Notes under the pieces: generated by a model
Told to the model about the DNA's origin: nothing
Seen by the model: only the letters and a program-made list of their open reading frames with translations
The model's database searches: none
Position numbers and translations under genes: made by a program
NCBI RefSeq assembly: GCF_028641065.1
Contig: NC_073405.1
Coordinates: 15,996,001 to 16,060,000, forward strand
Reading direction: 5' to 3'
Source of the DNA: Leucoraja erinacea
Lineage: Eukaryota
DNA length: 64,000 nucleotides
Part shown: positions 38,329 through 51,825 of the stretch, in pieces
Layout: every line of letters begins with the position of its first letter
How positions within the stretch are numbered: position 1 is the first letter of the stretch

Positions 38329-38873
38329 TTACTTCAGTGCACAGAGGGTCAGAGAAGTGGTGAAATCTCCGATCTGCAATGCAGGGTAGAGGGGCTCGGT
38401 GAATGCCCCCTGCTGGAAGGTGTGTATCGGGGTAAGCTTCCTGTCCGCCACGCTGTAAAATAAGATCGTCCCAGCCTCATAATCCACGTACACCCCCACC
38501 CTGGAAATGTTCCCCGCAGTCAGCTTGGTGTCGTTGTCGTCGTGGAGAGCCAGCACGGAGCCCACCAGCGAGTAGAGGCACCACGACTTGCAGTTCCTGC
38601 CCAGCAGACACTCGGTGCCCTTGCCCTTGCGGCTGATGCTCTTGTAGCAGAGGCCGATCTTCCAGACACCGCTGTCCCCGGCCACTTCCACCTCCCAGTA
38701 GCAGCGGCCCCCCCTCATCCCCTCGGCGCACAGCAGCTGCTGGCAACAGTCAAAGCGCTCCGTGTTCCTGGCCACCGGCTGCCTCTTGGGAGACAGGGAC
38801 ACCGTCCTGTTACCGTCACACAAGATGAACTGGGCATGGGCCGTGTTGAGATCCGGGGACAGCCTCTGTCCAT
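38329..38873 (-). CDS. TRIM gene exon 6: PRY/SPRY (B30.2) domain and stop codon
   Basis: Encodes (Y)GQRLSPDLNTAHAQFILCDGNRTV..ERFD..GRCYWEVEV..RVGVYVDYEAGTILFY..FTEPLYPAL..K*. CAG acceptor, phase 1. Confidence 0.95.
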
Positions 38874-41429
38874 CTGTGGATACACAGAACTGCGTGATAG
38901 ACCTCTCAGGAAAGGGCTCGGAGGCAATGGTTCAACCAAGTTGAACAAGGGTATTCTGGCCTGCACTACAATTAGAAAGTCAGGAACAGATGCAAGAAGA
39001 AGCTATTCAGCCCCTCATGCTTGCTTCACCATTCAAGGAGATCATGACCAGTTTCTTACAACACTGACACACTAGCCCCCCTGTCATTGATTCCCTTAAT
39101 ATACAATAATCATCCAATCGCTCTCTTAAATAGACTCAACTACTGAGCCCCCACTGTCCCCTGGGAAAATCACTGAACCCCAAATTCTAAGATTTCTGTC
39201 CAAGACTGGTTGTTATTACAGTTGTCACAGTCTGCATGAAGCCTCTGCCTTACAGGAAGCCACCATCTCTGCCTTGAGGTCGAAAGAAGTTGTAATTCTA
39301 TATTTATGTCCCAATACATGAAGCCGTTGGCTGGTCTGTACGATGGAGCTGCACCTCCCATTTGCTAATGGGAAATGATCAGAAAGTTGATGCCTGCCAG
39401 GGAGCTACAATATGTGTTGAAGTTGCCCCCTGTGCTTCTGAATTGGGGGGAAAAGTCAGATACAGTCTGTCATGTATTTATTATCATATGCACAAATACA
39501 GTGAGGTACAGGTACAATGAAAAACTTATTTACAGCACATAGACTCAACAACATAGAAAAACATAAATTATACATAATCATCCAAGACAGTAAAATAAAA
39601 AGACGGTGCAAAAAGACATCAGTGCAGAAACACAATTCAAAGCAAGACCATGGTAGTGCAGGAGATAGTCCGTAGGGTTCTCTTGTCAAGGTTTACTGAG
39701 GCACCCTTTACTTTGCAACGGTTATCCAGATGTCAGATGAAGTCTTAGTTTGGGATTCCCACCTCAGTCCTTTATATTTTTGTTGTCCTGTTTTCCTTAG
39801 TCTGGGTTTACCACAGGGTTCCATTCCTGAATACTGTTTGCAACCCATAGTGTTTGTAGGTTGGAAATAAAAGGTAGCGTGTGGGAGAAGATCACAGAAA
39901 CAGCTGTGATGGGAGAGTGCGAAGGCGAGGGAAGAGTGGCCACCAGCCGGCCTAACTGACTCAATGAGTGAGCGAGTCTGCTCAACGCTCCCAGCTCTGT
40001 TCAGCTCCACCCAGCTCCCGGTGGTTATGGCTCAGGGAAAGGTGGTGGAAAGTTACATAGAAATGCCCTGTTCCTGTCCAGCAGAAGATGCCTGTAGTCC
40101 CACAGCAGACAGTAAATCCACCCCAACAGTCTCCCAAATGCAGGATCCGTTCATAACCCAGAGAGGACCTTACTCATGAGTAAACAACCCCAACCTGGTC
40201 AACATTTCATGATTCCAACCCTATAAACCTCCTCATAAATCCCTCTGCACCCTCGGTAACAATATCACATCCTTCCTGTGGAGTGGTGTTCACAGCTGTA
40301 ATCTAACCAATAGCCAATTCAAAGGTAACCTTTCTGAACTTATATTCTATGCGTCATCTAATAATGGCAAATATCCTGCATTACCTTTTGATATCACCTT
40401 ATTTCACCACCCTGCAACTTTCAGGGATCAGTACACCTGCTCTCCGAGGTCCCTCTGTTACTTCACACATTTTAGTATCCAAACAATTATTTTACCCTCC
40501 CCTTGTCCATGACCCCCATTTTTACACCCATCTAATTAGTCCATTTATACCGTGCCTCAGTCTGGACCCTTTGTTGTCATAATCGACAGTCACAAATTAA
40601 TTAATCATGTCCTCTGCACTTGTCCAATCAGTAACATATGCCATAAAAATCAAGGGCTCAATGGCCTGCAACCACTCTGCTACTACCCTCCAGCCACTAA
40701 CACCACCATTGACTTTCACTTCAGCCGCTAACGGAAGTTTTCATCTAACATCCTACTTTTCCTTGGATTGTAACGATGTTTACCCTTCAATGTGTCATTT
40801 GGATCTTTGTCAAATGCCTCCATCCAGTCTACAACAAAGGCATTGCCCTCAACAAATCTTCCAGTTACCTCTTCAATAATGTTACCACAATATTAGCTGT
40901 CCTTGCAGGCCGATATTCTCCTTGTATGAAGCACGCCAGAAGCCATTTTCCATGTAATGCATGGATGATATATAGGTACAAGCATGGCAACATATTACCA
41001 TAGTTACACCATTGGTACTTAGCACACAGTGTAGCAATGACATATGATAACAAAAAATGCTGGAAATACTTGGCAGGTCGCGCAGCATCTGTGGAGAGAA
41101 ACAAAAGTAAGGTACCAGCTATTTATTTCAGAATTCCTTGCAGGTTTTTGATTTTAATCAATGACAGGCCATGGGTCTGCAGAATATAACCTGAAATCTA
41201 GCAGATGTCCATTTTAAAGAGGATGGTTTCATAAGCCGTAAGTGCTTGAAAAGGTAACATCAGTGGGGCAATGGGGAAAGGACAGAGTAACAGGAATTAA
41301 TGGACTATGTTTTCTAGAGGGTGCACTATGATGATGTACAGAACGATCTCCTTCATTGCGGGATGATTCTTTGGTTGCAAACAGTCGCCTTACAATTTGA
41401 CTCATTAGCAGTCATGTACTGCCACTTAC

Positions 41430-41578
41430 ACAAGGAGATTAGACGATCCCTGTCCTTCTTCACCTGGGAAACAAGCTCGTAATTTTTCCGCGTGTGATTT
41501 TTTATCCTATCCAGTTTTATTTTATCCAGGCAAGGATGAGGCTGAGGTGACTTGAATGGTGCGGATGCATTCTTTATC
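41430..41578 (-). CDS. TRIM gene exon 5 (149 nt, linker)
   Basis: Open frame IKNASAPFKSPQPHPCLDKIKLDRIKNHTRKNYELVSQVKKDRDRLISL. CAG acceptor, GTAAGT donor. Phase 2 to 1 bridges exons 4 and 6. Confidence 0.85.
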
Positions 41579-42484
41579 CTGGAAAATCAATGCAACATAT
41601 TATCCGTGCACGCAATAGATCGTCAGCAGAAGGCTTCAGCACTCGCACGCACACACACTATTGAGGGATTCACAATATAAATCATCCCACCTCTGACATT
41701 CTGGGAGAGGCAAAGAACTAGAGACACAACGGTCAAGAACAAAATATACAGCTCAGAGTACAGAGGGATCTTGGGGTGCAAATCGATAGCTCCCAGAAAA
41801 TGGCAACACAAATAGATGATATTTGGTAAAGAAAGTGATGCCATGCTTGCCTTCATCAGTCAGGGCATTGACTATTAGGGTTGTGAAGTCATATTGCAGT
41901 TCTATAAAACTTTGGTTAGCTGGGTTTAAGATATTGTGCGCCGTTACAATTGCCCCATTACAGGAAAGATGTGGAGGTTCTGTAGAGGGCGCAGAAGTTC
42001 ACCAGGCGGTTGCCTAGTTTAGAGCGTTTTAGCTCCATAGAAAGGTTGGACAAATGGGGATTGTTTTTTTTGCTGGAGCATCAGTGGTAAGAGGAAACCT
42101 GATTTTAAAAAAATACAACATTTAAAAACAACGTGGTAGTTGGAGTATTTTCCACGGGTGGAAATGTTAAATTCTACATTGATACTGTGCTCCAGAGATT
42201 GTGACTTGAAGTAATAGTACTCTGATAGTCTCCCAGAGGAGGAACGGAGTCCCTTGCTTGAATGATACAGGCAGGCCCGATATCCTAAGTCTTTGATTCA
42301 CTCCCCTTTCACCACACCCACCCTCCAAATCTATCGCCCCACCACTTGCCTTGCAAATCTCTTTAAACTTTTCCTCTCATCTTAAAACCTCTAGTTATAA
42401 GGTGGATGATGGTATTGACAGATCTCTTCCTCTGGTCTACACCCTCTGAGGTCTCTGACCCTCTTCAATTCGATACTCCCAGTG

Positions 42485-42752
42485 TTGTAGGAAGGAACTG
42501 CAGATGCTGGTTTAAAACGAAGATAGCCACAAAATGCTGGAGTAACTCAGCGGGACAGGCAACACCTCTGGATAGAAGGAATGGATGACGTTTCAGGTCG
42601 AGACCCTTCTTCAGACATCCCAGTGTTCCACACAGTGCCTCACACTTGGAGCTAAGTCGTGCCTGAAGAAGGATTCTGAGCTGAAATGCCACCCATCCGT
42701 TTTCTTCGGAGATGCTGCCTGACCCGCTGAGTTACTCCAACATTTTGTGTCT
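42485..42752. mobile_element. Penelope-like inverted terminal repeat pair with an intact hammerhead-like core on the minus strand (42586-42616)
   Basis: The minus strand reads GTCTGAAGAAGGGTCTCGACCTGAAACGTCA. Confidence 0.75.
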
Positions 42753-43994
42753 CTGCTGGAAGCAGTCCGATAGGTGTGGGAGTGCATGGCACAGGGGATG
42801 GGGAAGAGGGCTGATGTTTGGCAATACTGTTCTGTGAAAGAAAATCACTTCACCGAGAAAATGCTGGAGAGTGAGACACGCGGAGGTGGATTTTAAACAA
42901 CTCTTGCACTTACGTGGTTGCAATAAATAACCGATCGTGTGATTTGAACTGAATCAGCACATCAAAGTGACGATTTTACTTCAACTTGTGTTACTAGGAA
43001 ACCAAAGATCTTGTGAATACGTTATATAACAGCACAGCGCTGATGTCCCTGTGCATTACACTGAAAATAAAACTCCCACAGGTTTAATATATGGTGTGTT
43101 ATGTTGCCATAGCACTCCCATGTATTAACTTATAAAGCACCCATTCAAAGCCCAAGGTAGATTCATTTTCCATAGCCTGATGGACAAAGGTACCATTTTA
43201 ACGAAGGGGCAAAAAGGCAAATTAATAGAAAAAATGAGCAATATTTGGAAAGTATTCAATAAATATAGGGATTTATTCCATGTGAAACAATATTAACAGC
43301 ATAACATTTTAAGTTCAATTTACAGGCCAGCTGCTATTTAAAACACAGAAATTCAACCTTTTAGTATCAGTTGCTTCAAGGCAAAATAATCGTACACTGA
43401 GGGCCTCACCCTGGCCTGACTCCTTGTGTAGTGGCCTATTTTCCTTCACATCTAATATCAAAGTGTGGGGTAACTTATAACAGCCTCCAGCTTGCAATGT
43501 TGTGGGATCATAAAATAATACAGATGGAAAAACTTAGTTCACATCATCCTTCAAGCACCGTTACTCTTTCATTTTATTCTCCATCACGTCCCTTTGTGTT
43601 CCCCCAGATTTTACCACTCACTGACACATGAGGGGCAATTTTACATGTCTAATTAACCAACCATAGCTTTTGTATACGGGAGGAAACTGGAGCACCAAGA
43701 GGAAATGTAAGCAGCCTCAGGAGAACATGCAAACTCCACACAGCCAGCATCTGAGGTCAGGATTGCTGGAGCCATGAGGTGACTGTTCTTACTATTGAGA
43801 TGGCCTTTCATTGCCATTCAGTAGACTGTAGATGGGAAATGTCAGAGCAACCATGGCTTAATGCCCAGGGCTGTTCTTTCCAATTGCCACAATCAAGATA
43901 GTGCTGCATATTAGCCAGTCTCCTAGAAACATATATTGTCATCATTATATGCCAGTCCATTTAAATAAATTGTAATAATGTTATAGCCACTTAC

Positions 43995-44017
43995 CTGGTT
44001 ATCATTGAACTGAATCC
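43995..44017 (-). CDS. TRIM gene exon 4 (23 nt)
   Basis: Encodes GFSSMIT(R). TTTTACAG acceptor and GTAAGT donor. A 23-nt exon is canonical in B30.2 TRIMs. Confidence 0.88.
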
Positions 44018-44115
44018 CTGTAAAATATAAGACTCAATAAGTAAATTTGCAGTGTAAAGTCTGAAATTGAACATCTTGCATACAGTTTAAGATCTAAAAT
44101 AGGAAATGATAATCT

Positions 44116-44405
44116 TTAGTTTAGTTTAGTTTAGAAATGAAGCGCGGAATCAGGCCCTTCGGCCCACCGAGTCCGTGCCGACCAGCGACCCCAGTACACT
44201 GCACTATCATAAATGCTAGGGACAATTTATATATTTTTTTAAACCAGAGCCCATTTAACCTACAAACCTGTACATCTTTGGAGTGCATGTCCAAACAGTC
44301 ATGGGAGAACGTACAAGCTCCGTACAGACAGGACCTGTAGTCAGGGTCTAACCCTGGTCTCTGGCACTGTAAGGCAGCAGTTCTACTGCTGCGTCACCGT
44401 GTCCC
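44116..44405 (-). mobile_element. HE1-type SINE
   Basis: (TTTAG)n tail, core and tRNA-like head on the minus strand. Confidence 0.85.
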
Positions 44406-45180
44406 CCTTTAAATATGTTCCTTGGCACAGAATGTAGGATGCAACTCAGAAAGAGATTACCTCTGCCCCATTCTTTGCTCACTGCTCTCTCCTGTTACCA
44501 TCATGTAGTTTGCCCTTTAATCAGTTACTATATTTAAGGTAAGTGACTGGCCTTTTGTGAACAGTACATGTTAATTCTATGAGGGAGTTCAGTACTGCAA
44601 CCACCACCCTGACCTCCTACACAAGCAGTTTCTATTGACATGTGAAATGAAAGAACATTACGTGACTCAGCAAAATAATTAGTTAGTTCTTAGATAAAAA
44701 CAACCTATCTATTGCAGAAAATATCTTATATAAAACTCTGGTATTGTCTGTTTAAGAATATGACTGGGAGCTATGAAGATAACAAAAATATCAAAGGAAG
44801 AATTATACTGCACACAGCAACAATTATAGATTAGCCAAAATTTCAATTAAATGTATTATTCAAGAGTAAGCATTATGTAATCAAATGTAAATTACTGTGT
44901 CTCAATTTTAGTTATATTCTGCGTTCTCCTTGAATTTGTTTGTCCTGACTTAAGTCTTCCTGTATCGTTTGCTTCTATATAATATTTAAACTTTCAATAA
45001 ACCTGTCCAAATTAGATTAGATGATATACATTGGCCATTTACTGACCAAAGATTACTTTTGTCATCGAGCCAGACATCATGGAATTAGGCCCTTTGGCCC
45101 ACCACGATTACACCAACCACCAAGCACCTCCCCTCATACCATCTTTCCACTGCATTCTCTATTGTGCAGCGCATTGAACT

Positions 45181-45460
45181 GTGCAGTGGAGCAGCAGTGG
45201 AGTTGCTGCCTTACTGCACCAGAGTTCAATCCTGGCGATGGCTGCTGTCTGTATGGAGTTTGTATGTTCTCCCTGCAACCACGTGGGTTTTCTCAGGGTG
45301 CTCCAATTTCCTCCCACATTGTGCAGGTTTGCAAGTTAAATGGCTTCTGTAAATTGTCCCTAGTGTGTAGGATAGACCACAGTGTATGGGTGAGCGTTGG
45401 GCGATGCAGACTCAGTGGGCTGAAGGGCCTATTTTCACGCTGTATCTCTAAACTAAATTA
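45181..45460 (+). mobile_element. HE1-type SINE, inserted within an older reverse-oriented SINE (about 45075-45660)
   Basis: Blocks ggagttgctgccttac, tatggagtttgtatgttctccc and gtatctctaaactaaa. Confidence 0.8.
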
Positions 45461-47397
45461 ACTACTTTCCCGGCACTTTATTCTGCTCCATCGACCCAAT
45501 CAACCCACACGGGACAATTTACAGTAGCCAATTAACCTATCATGTTGGAGAAAACCAGGTTACTCAGAGGAAATCCAGATGGTCACAGGCGGAACGCGGC
45601 CAACTCCTGTGGTAAGGATCAAACCCGGGTCCCTGGAGTCGTGAGACCTCAGCTCCAACCAGCAGCGGTTTTAAATGTTGATTTTAATTGTTGTTTTCAA
45701 AAATAAAGCTTGGAATAACCAGCAAGCAAATCTGCCACAAATGTCACATATCAGCCAGGCATTAGTGCAGAACTTGTACACAGTGAGGTTAAGCAGGAGG
45801 CAAAGAGTTGACTCATGGTGCATTTTTTTTTTAACCAGAGCCAAGATGTTTATCAGCAGGGGTTCTCAGCCCTTGATCAGAACAAAGACAATCATAGTGG
45901 TGAGGATTGTCACACAGAGTGTCATGTGAGCTGAAATAAGTTGTGTATCACCTGAACACTCTGCTCCATCTAAGGAGGACTGAGAATGGACTGGAAACTG
46001 GATTTACCAGGATGAACATTATCTCCACTAACTGGGTGTCCCCAGAATTAAAAAAATGTCCCTGGATTCTCCTGCAAAAAAAGAGGCTTTTCCTACCAAT
46101 TTAAATCTGACCAGACTCTCAACCAATGGTTCATTTCTGTTTTAGATCTGCAACCTCCTCGGGCTAAAATGCAGCCCTGGTGCAGGCATACTGGGAAAGG
46201 CAAAATAAAAAATGACAGGGTGGCTGATTTTACAGTAGCTTTGAATTATCAATTATTTACTGACTCACAGTCCAAGCGATCTGTGGAGCCACCACTGAGC
46301 TAAAATGTAATTAACCTTCCAGAATATAATCTATAGTTTACACTAGCTGACGAGATAGTTCATGACACTTGCAGCTCCACCATCTGCTATATAGTCCACC
46401 TTGGCATGAGTCATAGGACCAACTGTTATACCTGTCTGGGACATTAAGAGTGGCTGGAGATTGGATGCTAAAATCCCTGAGCCTGGGATAATAAAGCTGC
46501 CGTCAATATCCATACTCTTCCAGTATCATTTACATCCCCGGATGTATAGACCTTCTGTAACAGAGTACGTCTGATCATCACTCTGGTTGCAAAATCAGTC
46601 TTGTGCCTTCACTCTGCTCCAATCAGGGAGTCTTCCTTTCACACCATTTCCAATAAAGGTGAGGAGATTATACCTTAAAGATTAATAGGTGGGAGGAGAG
46701 GTGTGGGGGGTGCTTGGGGATCACTGTGATACTATGTACCAGTTATTACAAACCAGTAACATACTGGTGGAGTGGGACTTATCTAATTCACGTGAAATAT
46801 TGTATTGTACACATTAACAATAAGGAACTCTGGATTCCTGCAAAGTATGAAGGCTGAGGGAATTATATTACCCCCAGTTCTGTTGCCAAGGAGATGAAGT
46901 ATTTAGCTGTCAATAATTATGCATCAGTGAATTTTTTGCACAGTAGTGGCTATCTAACCACGGACATTATTATTATGAGAGTGGCAGAAGAACACATAAA
47001 TTCTAAGAACCTTCAAAGTCAGTTCATTGCCAGCAGATTTTGCAGCGCTGCTCAGGTTTCTCAGCCTGAGCCTCCTTAGACAAGATCAGCAAGAACAGCA
47101 CTGCCAGGAATATGATAATAACTTGTACAACTTAAGTGAAAATAAAACTTGAGTAGATAAAGTAGTGTCAAAATATTACCCTCATAAACACGTTAGCTGT
47201 AAATTACATATTTCCCACTTCATCGTACGTTATTTGCACAGTCATATTACTTTTATAACTTTTACATTATCTAAATAAGTAGCATTTCTGCTACTTCAGC
47301 AGTACATTGGACAGCAGATTACTTGTATAAACAGCATATAACCTGGATTTGCCATGCATTACGAGACAATGAACATGTTTCCTCCTGAACATATTAC

Positions 47398-47631
47398 CTG
47401 TATAAATGAAAGCTTCTCAGTCTTCTGTGAAAGGTCATTAAAATTAACCAGGCACATCCCAAAGAATTTAATTTCCTTTTCCAGCTTGCAGATCTGAATG
47501 TCAATTGCTGCGATCACCCGGCTCTGCTCCTTATCGAGACACAGGAAAACATCGCGCTCTTCATTCTCAATGTGTTTCCTCAATTCATCGTACTTCTCCT
47601 TGACTTCCTTTTTAGTTTCTGTTATCAGACT
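47398..47631 (-). CDS. TRIM gene exon 3 (234 nt, coiled coil)
   Basis: Encodes SLITETKKEVKEKYDELRKHIENEERDVFLCLDKEQSRVIAAIDIQICKLEKEIK..LSFIQ. Canonical size, AAG acceptor, GTAATA donor. Confidence 0.9.
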
Positions 47632-47856
47632 CTTAGAGAGGAGTTAGCTCTGGTTATTAATTTGTAGATAATTATACTGTAGGTAAATATCATATTAGGC
47701 TTTTAGTAATGTAATTGAAAAATTAAAAACAAGGTAAAACAAGGCACAATTTAACGAATTAATCCCTTTTGATGACTGTCAATCGTGTCGCAAAGTCGCA
47801 AAAATTGACATTTCTAGACGTGATTCATACTTCTGTTTGAACTGATTTACTGGTGA

Positions 47857-48187
47857 TGAACAGTGGTGTAACTGGTAGAGTTGCTGCCTCACAACACCAG
47901 ACACCCAGATGCGATCTTGACCTCGGATGCTGCCTTTGTGGAGTTTGCATGTTCTCCCTGTGACCGCATGGGTTTTCTTCCAGGTTCTCCAGTTTCCTTC
48001 CACTTCCAAAAGACGTGCAGGATTGTAGGTCAATTAGCCTCTGTATTTTGCCCCTTGTGTGAAAGGAGTTGATGAGAAAATGGGATACATAGAATTGGTG
48101 TAAGCAGGTGATCAATGGTTGCTGTGGACTCAGTGGACCAAAGGATTCCATGCTGTATCTCTAAACTAAGCAAATTTAAACTAAATA
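47857..48187 (+). mobile_element. HE1-type SINE
   Basis: Same head, core and tail as the other copies. Confidence 0.8.
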
Positions 48188-48959
48188 AAAAGAGAATTTT
48201 CTACCAGGAGCTTAATCTCAGTAGCCGTGATGTTGATGACAATGTGTTCTGAACTACCTTTGATGGTGGTCATTTCCCCAGTGTGAATCTTAAAGCATTT
48301 CATTAAAAAAATTCAACATGAGACAACCAAAGTCACCAAAGGGACATAAAAGGGATAAGCGGTAACAGGAAATGGGGAGGTTAATGGAAGCAATTTCATT
48401 TTCCCCAATGTTTTTCGCTGCAATGTTGTACTTCACTTCCTGCAGGAATGGAACTAATCTACAAGACAAATGGGAAACTCTTCAAACTACATTGCCTCTG
48501 CTCCAGAATCAAGGACACCAAACCAGTCATTGAGCTGCATGTGTGTGCTTTTGTGCATCATAGACTGAAGTAGAGCTCCAGGTTCTCATCAACTCGCTCA
48601 CAGTGGCATATGAGGGAATGGGCTTCATGGTGAACCTGCAGAACAAAGCTGTTAAACAACCTATCCCATTGTATAACACTTCCTTCCAATAAGATAGATC
48701 CTTGAGAATAGACCATTTCTTTTATCTCAAGAGCCACCTCAAGAGAAAGATAGTGTGGATCATAAAGCATTTCATGAAAAAAATGAAACATTGGCTCGCT
48801 GTTGAATTCACCACTGCTATCATAGCACCAGCACAGCATTTGGCTGACTGGGGAAAGGGAATTTAAAGATTAAGATCTCAAGCCTGGCTCAAATCTCACA
48901 GGCTGCTAGGCAGCAAGAATCTCTGCCCTCCTGAACATTTCTGAGACATGAACTATCTT

Positions 48960-49340
48960 ATGTGCATGACATTTTCTCCATCCTCCCATCTGGGAAGAGG
49001 TACAGGAGCATTAGCTGCAAAACCAGCAGGATGCTCCTCAGCTTCTTCCCACAGGCTATAAGACTGTTAAATGGACTTTGCCCCCTGCCAAGTATCGCGC
49101 ACAAACCCCCACACTGCAGCAGAGCCACTGTTGTGCCGCTGCCGGTCGGAACGGCTGTTGAATGTTTAGTAGAGTGTTAAATTTGTTCATGACATGTATT
49201 TTTTAATTTTAATTCCTATTTATTTTTTAATGCAAACTGAATGGACACTGGTTGAGCAACGTTTTTTTGTTTCCTCTGGGTATGCCAATACTCAGGAAAT
49301 GACAATAAAGATTTACAATTACAATTACAATTACAATTAT
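48960..49340 (+). mobile_element. Rex1/Babar LINE 3' end with (AATTAC)n tail
   Basis: Encodes FSILPSGKRYRSISCKTSRMLLSFFPQAIRLLN, followed by gacaataaa and (AATTAC)n. Confidence 0.85.
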
Positions 49341-49409
49341 AGCAGGCTCCTGAAAGCACTGGAGAGGAATTACTAATGTGGTCTGTGCACTTTTGTCATA
49401 TGAAGAGAA

Positions 49410-49900
49410 ATGAAACAGGTTGGTCTATGGATTCTCTGGAGTTTAGATAAATGAGAGGCGATCTCACGGAACCATACAAAGCTCTTACAGGGCCTGACAG
49501 GGAGATGCAGAGATGATGATAAAGGGATCTTATGGAAACATATACAATTCTTAAGGGATTGGACAGGCTAAATGTAGGAAAAATGTTCCCATGTTGAGGG
49601 AATCCAGAACCAGGAGTCACAGTTTAAGAATAAGGGGTCGGCCATTTAGACTGAGATGAGGAAACACTTTTTCACCCAGAGAGTTGTGAATTCTCTGCCA
49701 CAGAAGGCAGCAGAGGCCAATTCACTCGATGTATTCAAGAGAGTTAGATATTGCTCTTAGGGCCAATGGAATCAAGGGATATGGGGAGAAAGCATGAACG
49801 GGGTACTGATTTTGGACAATCAGCCATGAACATATTGAATGGCGGTGCTGGCTCAAAGGGCTGAATAGCCTACTCCTGGACCTATTTTCAATGTTTTTAT
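49410..49900 (+). mobile_element. CR1 LINE 3' end
   Basis: CR1 tail identical in type to 25357-25666. Confidence 0.8.
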
Positions 49901-51620
49901 GATGCTTTACCTGGCTGAGGAATCTGGAGCTGAGATAGCGATTCAGGATAAAGTTGGGAAGAAATGTATTCACTAAGCGGATTTAATCTGGCAAGGAGAC
50001 ATGGAGACACTTAGCTCAGTCCATTGAATATATTCCAGGTGGGAACATAGAGTTTTCAGTTTGAATGGAATTAAGGGACATTTGGTTAATGGAAAAAAGG
50101 CGGACCTAGATAAAAGATCAACCATGATCATATTCAATGTTAAGTCATGAGCTATTGAACATCCTACTGCTTCTATGTCCATTTTGTACGCTCTTAAAGT
50201 CATCCAAATCCATTGGAGAGATGGATGAACCAACCACTGTCCCCAGCATTGAGGCTTTAATCACACCCAGTCACCTCTGATGGGCAGACCAAATTGTTCA
50301 CATGCTGGACAACATATTTCCAAACTTGACACTCCACTCTGGGCCATGTCACTGCAAGAGATGGTTAAACAGAGAGAGAAAAATACTCAAGAATGTTCTC
50401 AAAGCCTCCAGAAACGGGTGAAACATTCCCGCTAGCTTCTGGGCATCCCTGACTCATCATATAGAGAATACAGATCTAATCTACTCGATCTCTCCATATG
50501 CCTGGAACCAATCTAATCAATCTTCACTTCTCTCCTTCAATGGCAAGTACATCCTTTCTTAGGCAGGGAGACAATATTGTGCATACTGCTCCAGAAAAAG
50601 TCATACCAAGGCTCCATGCAATTACAGTAACACTTCCTCCCTCCTGCATTCAAACAGTGAAGTGGGAGTGAAGTAAAAATTCGCAAGCCTGGTCCCGCAG
50701 TGGCATTTTTATTTGTATAAGGTCGAGCAGACATACACTGTTTCACACTGTTGCCTCCCCTCCCATTTAGTGTATATCCACCTCCTTGTTGCACATCTCC
50801 AAATACATCACCTCACACATTCCTGAATTAAATTCAATTTGCCTTTTTTCAGCTCCCCCCCCCCCCCCCCACCCCCCCCCCCTATTCCCACCGTCTAAGG
50901 AAGAGTCCTGACTCAAAATGCCACTTGTCTGTCCCCTCCCCAGATGCTGTCTGCTCCCGGTGAGTTCCTCCAGTACTTTGTGTTTTACTCAAGATTTCAG
51001 CGTCTGCAGTTTCGTGTGTCTGCCCGACTGGGTGCTGGACCATCATTGTCACCCACGCGGCCAGTGTTTGTTTTTTATCTATAGACATCTTTATCTTGCC
51101 CCCTACATTAATACTGTTTACATCATATAGAGAAAGGGACTGAGCACGGAGTCGGGGGTTCCCACTACAACTCTATCAGATCCATATCCCTCAACATTGC
51201 CTCTGCTTCCTGCCACTCGCCTAATTTTGGATCTAACCTGAGATTCGATAGGCTTTGGAAGCAGAGGAACTCTACGGTCAGGCGGCATCTGATGTAGAAT
51301 CCAGCATCTGCAGCTGATCGTCTTCATCTAATGCGGGATCTTGACCCGAAACGTCGACCACCCCTCTGCCTCCACAGATTCTGTCTGACCCGCTGAGTTT
51401 TCCCAGCCGTTTGGTTTAGTCTTGGATCGTTAGATTCCCTTCACCAACCAGCCTGACTCGCGAGACGTCGTCAAAAGCATGGTCACCCACGAATCTATGC
51501 AGACCACACCAAGCAAGCACCTGGTCTCACCCTCCGGGGCCCTCCGGGGCCGCCCTTTCCCGTCTGTCCCCCGACAATAATATCCTGCCCGGCCCAGCGG
51601 CCAGGGGGCCCGAGACTCAC

Positions 51621-51716
51621 CTGCGTGTTGAGCTTCTGTGTGTGGAGGTCGCTCAAGGCCGCCTGCACGGACGCGGTGTTGCACTCGATGGTCTTGAGGT
51701 GTCGGTACAACTGGGC
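51621..51716 (-). CDS. TRIM gene exon 2 (96 nt, start of the coiled coil)
   Basis: Encodes AQLYRHLKTIECNTASVQAALSDLHTQKLNTQ. CAG acceptor, GTGAGT donor, canonical 96-nt TRIM exon. Confidence 0.93.
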
Positions 51717-51825
51717 CTGCAAGGGAGACGGGCAGCGGGTGAGCGCAGCTTGCCGGCGACGGGGTGGAGGGAGGGAGGGAGGGAGGGAGGGGTGAGGAGA
51801 TGAGGGGGTGGACGCGTGGACCTAC

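Noticed and set aside
51430-51825. C-terminal 131 aa of the 294-aa TRIM ORF
   Set aside because: Intron read-through past the GTAGGT donor at 51825. The true continuation is the 96-nt exon in another frame.
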